A stretch of 64,000 nt of DNA from Paraphysomonas bandaiensis (taxonomy: Eukaryota > Protista > Chrysophyceae). Location of the stretch: positions 1 to 64,000 of the forward strand of contig CBFFRP010000577.1 in assembly GCA_965644295.1 (NCBI GenBank). Direction: 5' to 3'. Of the stretch, positions 1-8,999 are shown one piece after another; within the stretch, counting starts at the first letter, position 1, and every line of letters starts with the position of its first letter. The notes below the pieces were generated by a model, which searched no databases, was not told the DNA's origin, and was given only the letters and a program-made list of their open reading frames with translations. The translations under genes and the position numbers were made by a program.

Positions 1-2150
1 ATTATTTATTATAATCCCTTCTCTGTGTGCTGCTCTCCAGTATTTGCTGGTAGACATCTTATACAACTGGGCAGCATGATAAGTAGAACCCGATCAAAGA
101 TCATCAATAGGATCTGTGTCTCCCTGGTCCTCTTGTTCTCGCACAAGCATTCGCACATCCCCTTTCTCGTTTCCTAGTTTCCTCTGGTACCAAGGAACAC
201 TCTCTTTCGGAGTCCTTTGTTGAGGCCAAGGCGAAGTCCTAGTAGGCATTTCCTTAATTCCAAACCTGGCATTCATAGCTCGAAGTGTCTCTTTAAGAAT
301 CTCCTTATCATGAGAAAATTTGCAACTCTTGTCCTTGCACCCACCCTCTACATTCATTTCCTTAAAGCATGGACTCTTCTTGTAAACTTCTGTAGCCATC
401 ACATCCTCATTCACACTCTTAAGGTCATCATCCTTTGCATCATTGTTACTTTCCTTAGTCTGTTTCTCATTCTCATCCGAATCATCTTCTTCCTCCATCA
501 TAGCCAATATTGCAGCATTCAATTGAGGCTTTGTTTGGAAATTAAACCTGCCCTTGAATTGTTGATACTTCTCAGAAAGCTCCCTTGTTACTCTTAGATG
601 TTCGAAAAACTCTTCAAAGAATGATTCCACTGAGTTGAAATTCTCTGTTCTCAATAATCTCTTACTGGTGTCTCTCATACAAGGTGGTATCAAACTCATC
701 CAGACTTCCAGTGACCCACCTCGTTTGGTGGTAGTTAGAGGTATACTCAAAGTCAAGTGATTTACTTTTGCTGCATCCACCAAGAAGTCATATCTCTGAA
801 TAAACTTAGTTTCGAGAATACATATATCTTCATCAGCTTTCCTGAAATCCTCCAGCCTCTCCATATTAACCTTGTATGCTTTGCAAGATTTGTACAATAT
901 TTTGTTGAATGCCATTACGTCCAAGGGTTTAAATAAACGTTTAACTGCCTCAATGATATGTGTGATCCTAGCATCAGTACACTCCAAGTATGTAGGGAAT
1001 TCTGTTGGATTCATGCGTCGCAGGGTATGACGAACCATGTCCCTTGCTCGATCTTTAAGCAAACTGTACACTGAAGGCACCGCTCTATTATAATTCCGTT
1101 TTTCATACTCAGCAATCTTCTCCATAAATGTCATGAAGCCGTCTAAAGTAATTTCCGTCAATTGGATCTTCAAGTATGAATTATCCTGTTGAGTCAATAC
1201 GACCTGACTAGTCCTGTCTTCGTCGGCCTGCCTTAGCGCTTCTTGAATAGTCTGTCTCCTAACATTCCTCCTCCTAGGCTGCTCTTCCTCTCTCAATACC
1301 TGTGTTGCGTTGAGTACGGCCTGTTGGACTGCGTCCTCGATTCTGGTCTGAAGTAGATCTGGGTCTATATATTGCTGTTCATGTACTGGTCCTTCAGCTT
1401 GTTCTTCTTGCTGTTGAACCTCTTCAATTTGATTCGTTGCCTCTTCATCAATCTGGGATATACCCCCTCCAAAATCTACTTCCGAATTAGCTGGAGTGGC
1501 TTGTCTTGAGGAACGTCGAGACTCCAGCTGCTGCATCCTTTGTTCGAACATTTCGAAATGAAGATCAATAGACTCAAAGCGTTTGTTCAGCTGCTCTTGC
1601 TGTTCAGCATACTGCTGCTGTTGTTGAGCAAACTGTTCATTCTGTTCAGCAAACCGCTGCTGAAGGAACTCCATAATGTTCGGAATCTCTTCTTCCGAAC
1701 TCATAGTCGACAACAATATAAATAAACAATGTTTCTTTCTATCCGACTAAAGTATTAATACTGTAATCTTTCTGATGAGAAAGACCGTGTTTACAACGTT
1801 TTATATGAATTTAAAGTGCTTCCCAAACCGAGAATACACTGTCCAGAACACCAAACCGGTGAAACTGCCTCCTAACACAAGCAAACCGCGAGTATAGAAT
1901 GAATTAAATTACGTTAAAACGTGTAAAGAAAGAAAGTGAAATCATACAACACTCTATCTTGCTGTGAATCATCTACAGTTTACAGTATCATACTTGTACA
2001 TATACGGGACTTATATCCCTTCAAGAATACAGTAACCGCAATGTATACTAAATAAACTGAAAATGAAAGTACAACAGCATGCTACCTAGAGTACCGCAGT
2101 ATAACACCGTATAACTCCACGTATAACAGTAACTGCAGGTATGCGTGACA
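1..2150 (-). mobile_element. 5' part of an LTR retrotransposon inserted in the PLV major capsid gene; putative 5' LTR about 1840-2150
   Basis: The minus strand begins TGTCACGC at 2150, exactly where capsid-like sequence stops. A possible LTR end ...GGACA lies at 1840. Base composition shifts from the AT-rich viral DNA. The second LTR is outside the window and no canonical tRNA PBS was seen. Confidence 0.6.
94..1716 (-). CDS. Gag-like protein of an LTR retrotransposon (N-terminal coiled coil, C-terminal CCCH-type zinc knuckle)
   Basis: Intronless 540-aa ORF with a Q/E-rich coiled-coil N-terminus and CFKEMNVEGGCKDKSCKFSH near the C-terminus. It lies directly behind an LTR-like segment. The same frame stays open for 31 codons past the stop to the window edge (possible pol start). 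Gag identity is inferred from architecture. Confidence 0.7.
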   Translation of the reverse strand: MLSTMSSEEEIPNIMEFLQQRFAEQNEQFAQQQQQYAEQQEQLNKRFESIDLHFEMFEQRMQQLESRRSSRQATPANSEVDFGGGISQIDEEATNQIEEVQQQEEQAEGPVHEQQYIDPDLLQTRIEDAVQQAVLNATQVLREEEQPRRRNVRRQTIQEALRQADEDRTSQVVLTQQDNSYLKIQLTEITLDGFMTFMEKIAEYEKRNYNRAVPSVYSLLKDRARDMVRHTLRRMNPTEFPTYLECTDARITHIIEAVKRLFKPLDVMAFNKILYKSCKAYKVNMERLEDFRKADEDICILETKFIQRYDFLVDAAKVNHLTLSIPLTTTKRGGSLEVWMSLIPPCMRDTSKRLLRTENFNSVESFFEEFFEHLRVTRELSEKYQQFKGRFNFQTKPQLNAAILAMMEEEDDSDENEKQTKESNNDAKDDDLKSVNEDVMATEVYKKSPCFKEMNVEGGCKDKSCKFSHDKEILKETLRAMNARFGIKEMPTRTSPWPQQRTPKESVPWYQRKLGNEKGDVRMLVREQEDQGDTDPIDDL

Positions 2151-2368
2151 ACAGCTCCCGCTGAATTTTTAGCAATCAAGCTTAATTTTAAAAGTGAATC
2201 AGCACCAGACATTACGATATTACGACCGGTAGGAATATTAATAATTATTGTTTCTCCTGGTCCATAAGGACCTAAACCATTCTGAGGAGCTATATTATTC
2301 TGGTAATTACGTGCGTAACTTGAATTTATATTATTTGTGTATAATACGTTTTTTGGTAATCCTGACAT
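2151..2368 (-). pseudogene. N-terminus of PLV major capsid protein (double jelly-roll), interrupted by retroelement
   Basis: MSGLPKNVLYTNNINSSYARNYQNNIAPQNGLGPYGPGETIIINIPTGRNIVMSGADSLLKL fits the PLV MCP N-terminal pattern (LP..L.Y...S..AR.Y...I.PQNG...Y..G.TI.I.IP...S.LK). The ORF tail at 2048-2150 is read-through into LTR DNA. Confidence 0.75.
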
Positions 2369-2416
2369 ATATACTATAAATAGATAAATATTTTTTATAG
2401 TATAATAAAATATAAT

Positions 2417-2857
2417 TTATATAAATGTGCTATCATCTTGTGTTAACTTAACTAAAGCCTTTCTTGTGTTGTGTTTTTCTAATTTATTACCTGCGTTATG
2501 TGCTTTTTTAAATGCTTTTTTGCTGTGTTTATCGGCTTTATTATGTAGCTTATGGAGCTTATGCACACCTTTATGACCTTCGTGTAATCCTGCTTCCAGT
2601 AATCGGGATGCTGATCCAACAACGGGCATTGTATTTAATCCTGCTTCATTAATAGCATGTATAGTTTTATCGCCAACACCTAATATTTTATCTGCTATGT
2701 TAATTGCATTTGCCGATTTATCAAGACCTTTATTTACTCCATGTTGGACCTTGTCTAATACGTCGTGTGTTTTTTGTCCTAGTTTATGTATTCTGTGATC
2801 GGCCTTGCGACCTAGTTTGCGAAATTTACGATTTAGCTTTTTGCCTAGTTTTGACAT
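2417..2857 (-). CDS. Basic Lys/His-rich viral protein, putative genome-condensing core protein
   Basis: 146 aa with strongly basic ends (KLGKKLNRKFRKLGRK; HKGVHKLHKLHNK). It sits between the minor and major capsid genes. Function is inferred. Confidence 0.6.
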   Translation of the reverse strand: MSKLGKKLNRKFRKLGRKADHRIHKLGQKTHDVLDKVQHGVNKGLDKSANAINIADKILGVGDKTIHAINEAGLNTMPVVGSASRLLEAGLHEGHKGVHKLHKLHNKADKHSKKAFKKAHNAGNKLEKHNTRKALVKLTQDDSTFI

Positions 2858-2887
2858 GTATATATACTATATTGAGAGAAATATTTT

Positions 2888-3619
2888 TTATTCAATAGTT
2901 AATAATAAATTTAAAGACCAATGTAAACCGTTTAATTCTAATATATCTGCGTCTTGATCTAATAATTGGACATGTAGAGTATTTATATTATGTATATCAT
3001 GTACTAAGCTCTTAATATTATTAATATTTTTATAATTAATAATAGATCCTGCGTTAACATCAACAGGTACAGAAGTAATAATAGAAGCTTTATTAGGTGT
3101 GGCACTATTTATATTATTTAAAACAAAATTAGACGATGCTATTAAAACGTTTCTTACTGTAAATAGATTTATACCAATTGTTGATAATAATATTAATGAA
3201 TCTGAATAATAGGTTGTATTATCTTCAAATCCTAATAATTCAAAACAGGTTGAAGTATTTGAAAAAGAAAAATCATAAGTACTGTGGGTAAATAATAATT
3301 TATTAGTTGATGAGTTATAATTTATTGTAAATCCTGGCTCTAAATTGGACTGTAAATAACTTATTAATGTTCTAATATTATAATTGGCTTTTGTTATTGT
3401 AAGTGAATATGAGATACTATTTAATGTATAATTCAGTGTGTTATTGGTTGAATTAACATTATAAAAAGAGTACGGTATAGAGGCATCAATTACTGATATA
3501 TAGGCTTTATGGCGTCGTTTAACATCTATCTTTGGTAATATAAAAATACAATCAGTAGTTTTATTATTTAGGTATTGGTTTGCTGTCTTGCTGTTTAGTA
3601 CAATCTGTATTTTCTCCAT
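2888..3619 (-). CDS. PLV minor capsid (penton, single jelly-roll) protein
   Basis: About 243 aa, beta-rich, with motifs typical of PLV minor capsids: IVLNSK, ASIPYSFYNVNSTNN, LLGF, and C-terminal VQLLDQDADILELNGLHWSLNL. Close to the MCP gene. Confidence 0.75.
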   Translation of the reverse strand: MEKIQIVLNSKTANQYLNNKTTDCIFILPKIDVKRRHKAYISVIDASIPYSFYNVNSTNNTLNYTLNSISYSLTITKANYNIRTLISYLQSNLEPGFTINYNSSTNKLLFTHSTYDFSFSNTSTCFELLGFEDNTTYYSDSLILLSTIGINLFTVRNVLIASSNFVLNNINSATPNKASIITSVPVDVNAGSIINYKNINNIKSLVHDIHNINTLHVQLLDQDADILELNGLHWSLNLLLTIE

Positions 3620-3809
3620 TAACATTATCAGATATATTTATATTTGCAAAATCATAGGTTAACATGTCTGTATCTATATTGTTATTTCTATTTAATTTTG
3701 GTATGTCTAATTTTATTACTCTGTCTAAGTCTATAACATTTTTCTTTGGAAATTCATAATAATTATAATCTATTTCCCATTCTAGGCTGTCCATATATAA
3801 GTATATCAC
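3564..3809 (-). CDS. Small hypothetical viral protein
   Basis: Short ORF in the viral gene array, overlapping the minor capsid start; likely start MDSLEW. Confidence 0.4.
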   Translation of the reverse strand: MIYLYMDSLEWEIDYNYYEFPKKNVIDLDRVIKLDIPKLNRNNNIDTDMLTYDFANINISDNVNGENTDCTKQQDSKPIPK

Positions 3810-3879
3810 ATAATATATTTATATATTTTACATCTAAGGGATAATTTTGCGAACTATTATCGCGTTTTTATCCCTTAAT

Positions 3880-4293
3880 TTATCTCATCAAATTATCAAT
3901 AACATTTAATGAGTATTTCCATTTTTTTGTTTTCATTTTCTTCTCATTTCCGTCGTTTTCCGCTACATAGTCAACAGCATTCCAGAGCTTTTTCCATAAA
4001 TAACCATCTTTAAAAATATTTTCGTTCTTTCTTTCTTTTAAACCATTTTCAATAATGTATTGCTCATATGTTTCAACTGTGTAAGGGCGATTTAATATAA
4101 CAGAACAAAAAGAACTTTTAAAACGTTTATATATTATATCCTGAACTTCATCAGCTGATTTACTTAATTTATGCTTTCGGCAGTCAGAAGAACTGCAATG
4201 ATTATATATATCGTTATCATCATCCACGCAGTCACCGTTTAATTCATTATCAACATTTTCACAACAACTAAAATATTTAATTCCGTATCCCAT
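3880..4293 (-). CDS. Hypothetical viral protein, paralogue of 4685-5116
   Basis: Shares IKYFSCCENVD, SDC.KHKL...ADEV.DII.KRFK, ENDGN..KM and KW.YS.NV.D with 4685-5116. Confidence 0.75.
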   Translation of the reverse strand: MGYGIKYFSCCENVDNELNGDCVDDDNDIYNHCSSSDCRKHKLSKSADEVQDIIYKRFKSSFCSVILNRPYTVETYEQYIIENGLKERKNENIFKDGYLWKKLWNAVDYVAENDGNEKKMKTKKWKYSLNVIDNLMR

Positions 4294-4331
4294 TATAATA
4301 TATAACTATATATTTTATTTATTATAATATT

Positions 4332-4616
4332 TTATTTCCATCCTACAGAATCACTGCGATATTCACCGTGTAGAAAATCATATTTTCTTAATAATTCAGT
4401 CCTTTTATCTTCGTCTTTATTTTCATATATGATTAATTGCCGATCATTTAATAGCTCTACTTGTAACTCTTTCTTTTGTTTCTGAAGTTCTGATAATGTA
4501 ATTTTCATGTCTTCTATTTCTCTATCTAAATTCCTTATCTCTTCCTGAATTTTAGGCATATGTGTTTTTCTAATGCAGTATACTTCACCTTTTAACTTTA
4601 ATAAATACTCACTCAT
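4332..4616 (-). CDS. Hypothetical viral coiled-coil protein
   Basis: 94-aa ORF with a heptad pattern, preceded by the shared upstream motif. Confidence 0.65.
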   Translation of the reverse strand: MSEYLLKLKGEVYCIRKTHMPKIQEEIRNLDREIEDMKITLSELQKQKKELQVELLNDRQLIIYENKDEDKRTELLRKYDFLHGEYRSDSVGWK

Positions 4617-4684
4617 TATAATATATAACTATATATTTTTTTTAATTATTTTATATTTTTACATATGTAATAATTGAAATAAAT

Positions 4685-5116
4685 TTAAAAAATTATTTTA
4701 TCAACGACATTCATTGAATATGTCCACTTATCCGCTTCCATTTTCTCTTTATTGCCGTCATTTTCAATAATATAAACAACTGATTCCCAAAACTTATTTT
4801 TAAGATAAAATTCATCTTGAATATCATCGCCTTCATTTTCTCTTAAACCTGAATCAATAATAAATTTATCATGCCATTCGTAACATTCAGGTGAATTGTT
4901 ACATGGTACAAAACTAAGGAGACTACTATATATAGCATCCTTTTTAAACCGTTTGCTTATTATATCATTGACTTCATCAGCTGGCCTATTTAACTTGTGT
5001 TTTAGACAGTCAGAAGGATTTTTATGAACATATTTTTTATGTTTGTAATAGTACTTACCGTTACGCTCGGAATCAACATTTTCACAACAACTGAAATATT
5101 TTATTTCTTTTGACAT
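4685..5116 (-). CDS. Hypothetical viral protein, paralogue of 3880-4293
   Basis: Clear paralogy and the shared upstream motif. Confidence 0.75.
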   Translation of the reverse strand: MSKEIKYFSCCENVDSERNGKYYYKHKKYVHKNPSDCLKHKLNRPADEVNDIISKRFKKDAIYSSLLSFVPCNNSPECYEWHDKFIIDSGLRENEGDDIQDEFYLKNKFWESVVYIIENDGNKEKMEADKWTYSMNVVDKIIF

Positions 5117-5329
5117 TATAATATAACTATATATTTTTTTTTAATTATTTTATATTTTTACATATGTAAAATAGGGAGTAAAATACGGCATGTCTATATA
5201 TAGTGTTAAACAGGTCTATTGTTCCGTCTATCTGTTGTAGTTGTTCGGTGTTTAAGTTTGGTTTCTGTCCGTCAATGTAATATATGTAGTGTTGTATTAT
5301 TGTATTTATAGTGTTTTGTGTATTTTGAG

Positions 5330-5642
5330 TGGACGTTTTTGTGGACATTTTTTGTTAAATTTTATATTCACAACATTTTTTTTGTGTTTTTTTTATATTT
5401 TTGTTAAAAATGTCCTTGAAAATGTCCATCAAAGTGTCCATATATAAGTATATACAGTTACAATATTGTAATAATATATATTTGTATTAAAATAATATGT
5501 CCTTGAAAGTGTCCTTCAAAGTGTCCATTATTATTGTAAGTGATAAAGAGTAATACCATAGGGGCAATGTTGGTGTATATTAATAGTTTTCATGGTCACG
5601 GTTAACACTGTACAGGGGGTGAAATCCCCCTCTCCTCTCTCT
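5330..5642. repeat. Putative PLV terminal region with TGTCC iteron-like repeats and a terminal hairpin
   Basis: Repeated (A/G)TGTCC units at about 12-bp spacing (5406-5440, 5496-5528), inverted GGAC copies (5331-5351), hairpin AGGGGG-TGAAAT-CCCCCT (5614-5631), then TCTCCTCTCTCT. Confidence 0.55.
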
Positions 5643-6489
5643 TTTTTTTATATTCCAGCTTCACTACTATGATTGATATACTATGATTGATATCATGACA
5701 TTAGTTTTCATAATACAGTTACCGCTTCTGTATTCTTCAATTAATAGTCATAGTTCAAATATCTTTGAAAACTCACTTCCTTTGTAACTATATTCACCCA
5801 TTGCACTAATGAGTTGATTTCACTTATTGCAACTATTAACTATTTCCTATTAACTATACATCTATACACTATATAATATCATACAGCAGATTTAAAGATG
5901 ATCAATAGGGTATACCTAGTTATCGTAAGTCCTACAGTGAGAGAATTTCCTGAAAGGAAATTCAAGACGTATGTGCCCCTTTCCGAAGTGTAGTGTAGGC
6001 TGGCTGGTACACCACTTCTAGCACCGAGATATAGAACTGATTCTACCACCCGCCTACCTGTGTACCAACGTAGCTGACCGCATAGATCACGCGCAGTATT
6101 AATTTATGCTTTTAGTTAGTGCTATATTGACGGATTGATATTATAGGAGATATAGTAAGTTTATGATGTTGTAGTATTGTGAGTTAGGAACCACGTCAGT
6201 CACCAACATCAACATTCTTTTCTACAAATCATATCTTTAACAGCCACTATATTTTCAGTTTCTTTGTATACTTGTAATAGCTACTCCTATACTGTAGTCA
6301 TGTATATTCTGTATTCATTGCTACATAGAATACAGGATAACTACTAGCGATTGGCTTTACCAAACTTCAAGTACGCACGTAGGAGTTGGTTGTAGTTCAA
6401 TACGCAGATTCTGTTGTCGCCCCACCCGTGTTCACTTTCGCTAAGATTACGCGGGATATCTCACAAATACGCATGAATTTATGCATGAC

Positions 6490-6660
6490 TTTTACTCAGA
6501 TTCTATTAGGACCAAGCAATATGCGTTTGAGAGCCTGAACCAGCTCAGTAGCTACATGAATACTAGTCAAGCTAGATAAGCGTTTACCATAACATAACTA
6601 ATGCATACTCTAATATCCTACTATTTAACGCTACGAAAGTTGCTTGTGCCGCACGTAAGA
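6490..6660 (-). repeat. Diverged 3' fragment of the ribozyme-headed retroposon family
   Basis: Aligns by eye with 9005-9160 (agtagcta.atgaat.ctag...atcctact.tttaacgctacg.aag.tgcttgtgc). Confidence 0.65.
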
Positions 6661-6879
6661 TTATAAGGTTTATAGGTGCAAGGTAGGATTATAGCCTAGG
6701 TAGCACAAACTTATTTGCAACAAGCAAGTGATAAAAACTAGAAAAATAGTACTGTTTATTCAGGACTGCTGCTGTAGTTTAGCGTTTTCGATTTATATTT
6801 TTAAGTTACTAATACAGTAGATAAATTCTACTTTTTGTAACGCTAACTAGGCAGAGTAAGTCATCAGACATACTCACGC

Positions 6880-7015
6880 CAGGGCTGCGTATCTGTATAC
6901 CAATAAACTGTTAATTAATTGATGCAGATCGTAGTCAATTATGATTGTAAAGTATTACTTGGTGTCTCATTGAGTTGCAATTAATTGAAAATTAATTAAT
7001 TGATACATAGTCCTG
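6880..7015. mobile_element. hAT-type MITE
   Basis: Imperfect TIRs CAGGGCTGCGTATC / GATACATAGTCCTG. The TIR and subterminal sequence match the end of the hAT relic at 37421. Confidence 0.65.
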
Positions 7016-7223
7016 ATACACACTGTGTGTTCGATAGAAATCGCTGATTTTTATAAGTTCCTATAGCACTAGATTTCAGAGGTCGACTTACGCAGAGTCC
7101 ATACTGAAGTAACAGGCGCGTTCTTGAGATGAAAGCGGCACAATACAAGAGATTTCGTACTCATGTACGACCACTACTTCAACACATACAAGACTACAGT
7201 TTCATTTGAGCAAAAGTTTAGAT

Positions 7224-7538
7224 GTTGCATAGTCACACCTACTAGAAACTTCGCCACTGTAGTCGGCGATTTCGAGATCTTTGGCTTTCTTCACTCTCAC
7301 CATCAGTTTCATACATTGGGTTGCTCTGGCAAATAAAGCCAAGCTTTTCATATGATGATAAGTGCAATAGCGGCATCCTTTAATCCAACCACAGTCCAGT
7401 GTCCCTGACATACTCCTCACTGCCAGAGCAACCCAATGTATGAAACAGATGATGAGAGTGATAGCGAAGAGAGTCAGAGATCTCGAGATCCCCGACTATG
7501 CGTGGCGAAGATTCTAGCTGACAGTGTGACTCAGCAAC
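7224..7538. repeat. Long inverted repeat (about 110-bp arms, 89-bp spacer)
   Basis: 7306-7331 is the exact reverse complement of 7421-7446; imperfect pairing extends to 7224/7538. Confidence 0.85.
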
Positions 7539-8029
7539 ACGAACAGTTGAAGTTTGCTTGAAGTCATCAGAAGAACACACAGATCGGATTGTTCTTTCCA
7601 AGAAAAATCTCATATCGCTGGGGGGTTTTATGGGTGATGTTTTTCTTCAGTGGTATTCTAATAAAAACAGGGGTTTCCAACAACCTTGTAAACTGAATTG
7701 CACAACCTAAACAAAAAAAACCATGGTTTTCCACTTAAATATGTCACAAAACTACACATTTTCAAGATAATAATCGGCAAATTGTCCACAGAATCCAGAG
7801 ACAGATGTCTGTTAGCTTCACATACAGGATACGATGCGATACTTTTACAGTAATAAGAGGAACACAGGCTGATATGATCATAACCTCACTGGGAATACAT
7901 GAGCTCATAGTTCTTTCATGCCACATGCTGCTGGTTGTTGATTTAGCTGGTGAAAGGTATGGTTAAGTGGCAATCATACAGGAGAGTTGGTCTATTTCAA
8001 AGACAGAGATAGCAGAGTTGATTCTATGA

Positions 8030-8590
8030 CCATAACACCAGAGGGCTCTCAGGTAATACGATCGGATGATATTGTAATATATTCAATTTAGTGGTTCGAA
8101 ACAGAGCATATGAGTATACTCATACTGCAGAGCTGATCATCAGAGACTCACATAAGAATAACTCCACTTGAGTGTCATTCTCCTCTCTGATTTGAAGGTA
8201 TATACTAATATGACTGTATCATTTGTAGATACTTTCTCATAGTGTCCTGTGCGTATTGATGTATATGAGGATAATGTGTTGGAGCATGTGAATCATTGTT
8301 GACGTGCAGTATACTCTGCGGAGCCGTGTGAATTGTCATATAACACCAGCGGAGTCTTAGGGCAACGTTCTTGAATTATGTTGTAAAAATATTTAATTTA
8401 GATTCTATGATACAGAGCATATGAAGAAAATGACGCTTCAGAGTTCGATAATGGTGACCGAGGCAAGAATAACTTCAATGGAGTATGTATATACTAATAT
8501 GCACGTAAGATATATTTCTCTCTCACTGTGCCCTATACGTATTGATGTAAATGAGGACGTTGTATTGAAGCATGTCAATCATTGTCACCT
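8030..8590. repeat. Diverged direct duplication, period about 310 bp
   Basis: Shared blocks ataacaccag, acagagcatatga, gtatatactaatatg, cgtattgatgta.atgagga and agcatgt.aatcattgt occur twice in the same order. Confidence 0.7.
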
Positions 8591-8999
8591 AGATATAGGC
8601 TGTTTTTTATCTTGATATTAACAATCTAGCTAGAACTACTTTGTAGCTAATTCGCATACATAACAATCACACGGTTAGTTGAGCCCATATTATACTGCAA
8701 ACAATTTTAACTTGAAATATTAGTCAATAATATCCATACAAATGCAGAAAACTATTTATTAGCACTCTAGCAACTCAGTATAGGTCTAGTGTGACATTCG
8801 CCGCTGCCCTAGAATGCGCGGGGTTGCTTGTAATCTCATAGAGGCTATATGCAAGTATAGTGTAGATCTAGCTAGAGCTTTCTTGGTGCCGACACAAGAA
8901 AAATACGCGGATATTTTTATTAACTATCCACACGTTACTTAGTTTAGTCGACACTACGCTCTCGGAATGGGACAGTATGTAGTACAAGAATATGATATA

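Larger units (their letters stand above)
4294..5170 (-). promoter_or_regulatory. Repeated viral promoter/start motif TATAGTTATAT(AT)TATAATG before three ORFs
   Basis: The motif directly precedes the ATGs at 4293, 4616 and 5116. Blocks of about 55 bp at 4614-4670 and 5114-5170 are nearly identical. Confidence 0.6.
2151..5642 (-). mobile_element. Endogenous Polinton-like virus (terminal segment)
   Basis: Very AT-rich, intronless, tightly packed same-strand ORFs including MCP-like and minor-capsid-like genes. The ORFs share AT-rich upstream motifs. The segment ends in 5'-AGAGAGAGGAGAGGGGG (minus strand, from 5642), resembling the AG-repeat termini of Polintons. Confidence 0.8.

Noticed and set aside
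5145-5348. 67-aa ORF in the PLV subterminal region
   Set aside because: Low-complexity, overlaps the repeat and promoter blocks, and lacks the shared start motif.
5690-5900. Possible diverged solo LTR beside the PLV end
   Set aside because: Only short matches (CTGTATTCTT, GATTTCACTT) to 1840-2150 in AT-rich DNA; no boundaries or TSD.
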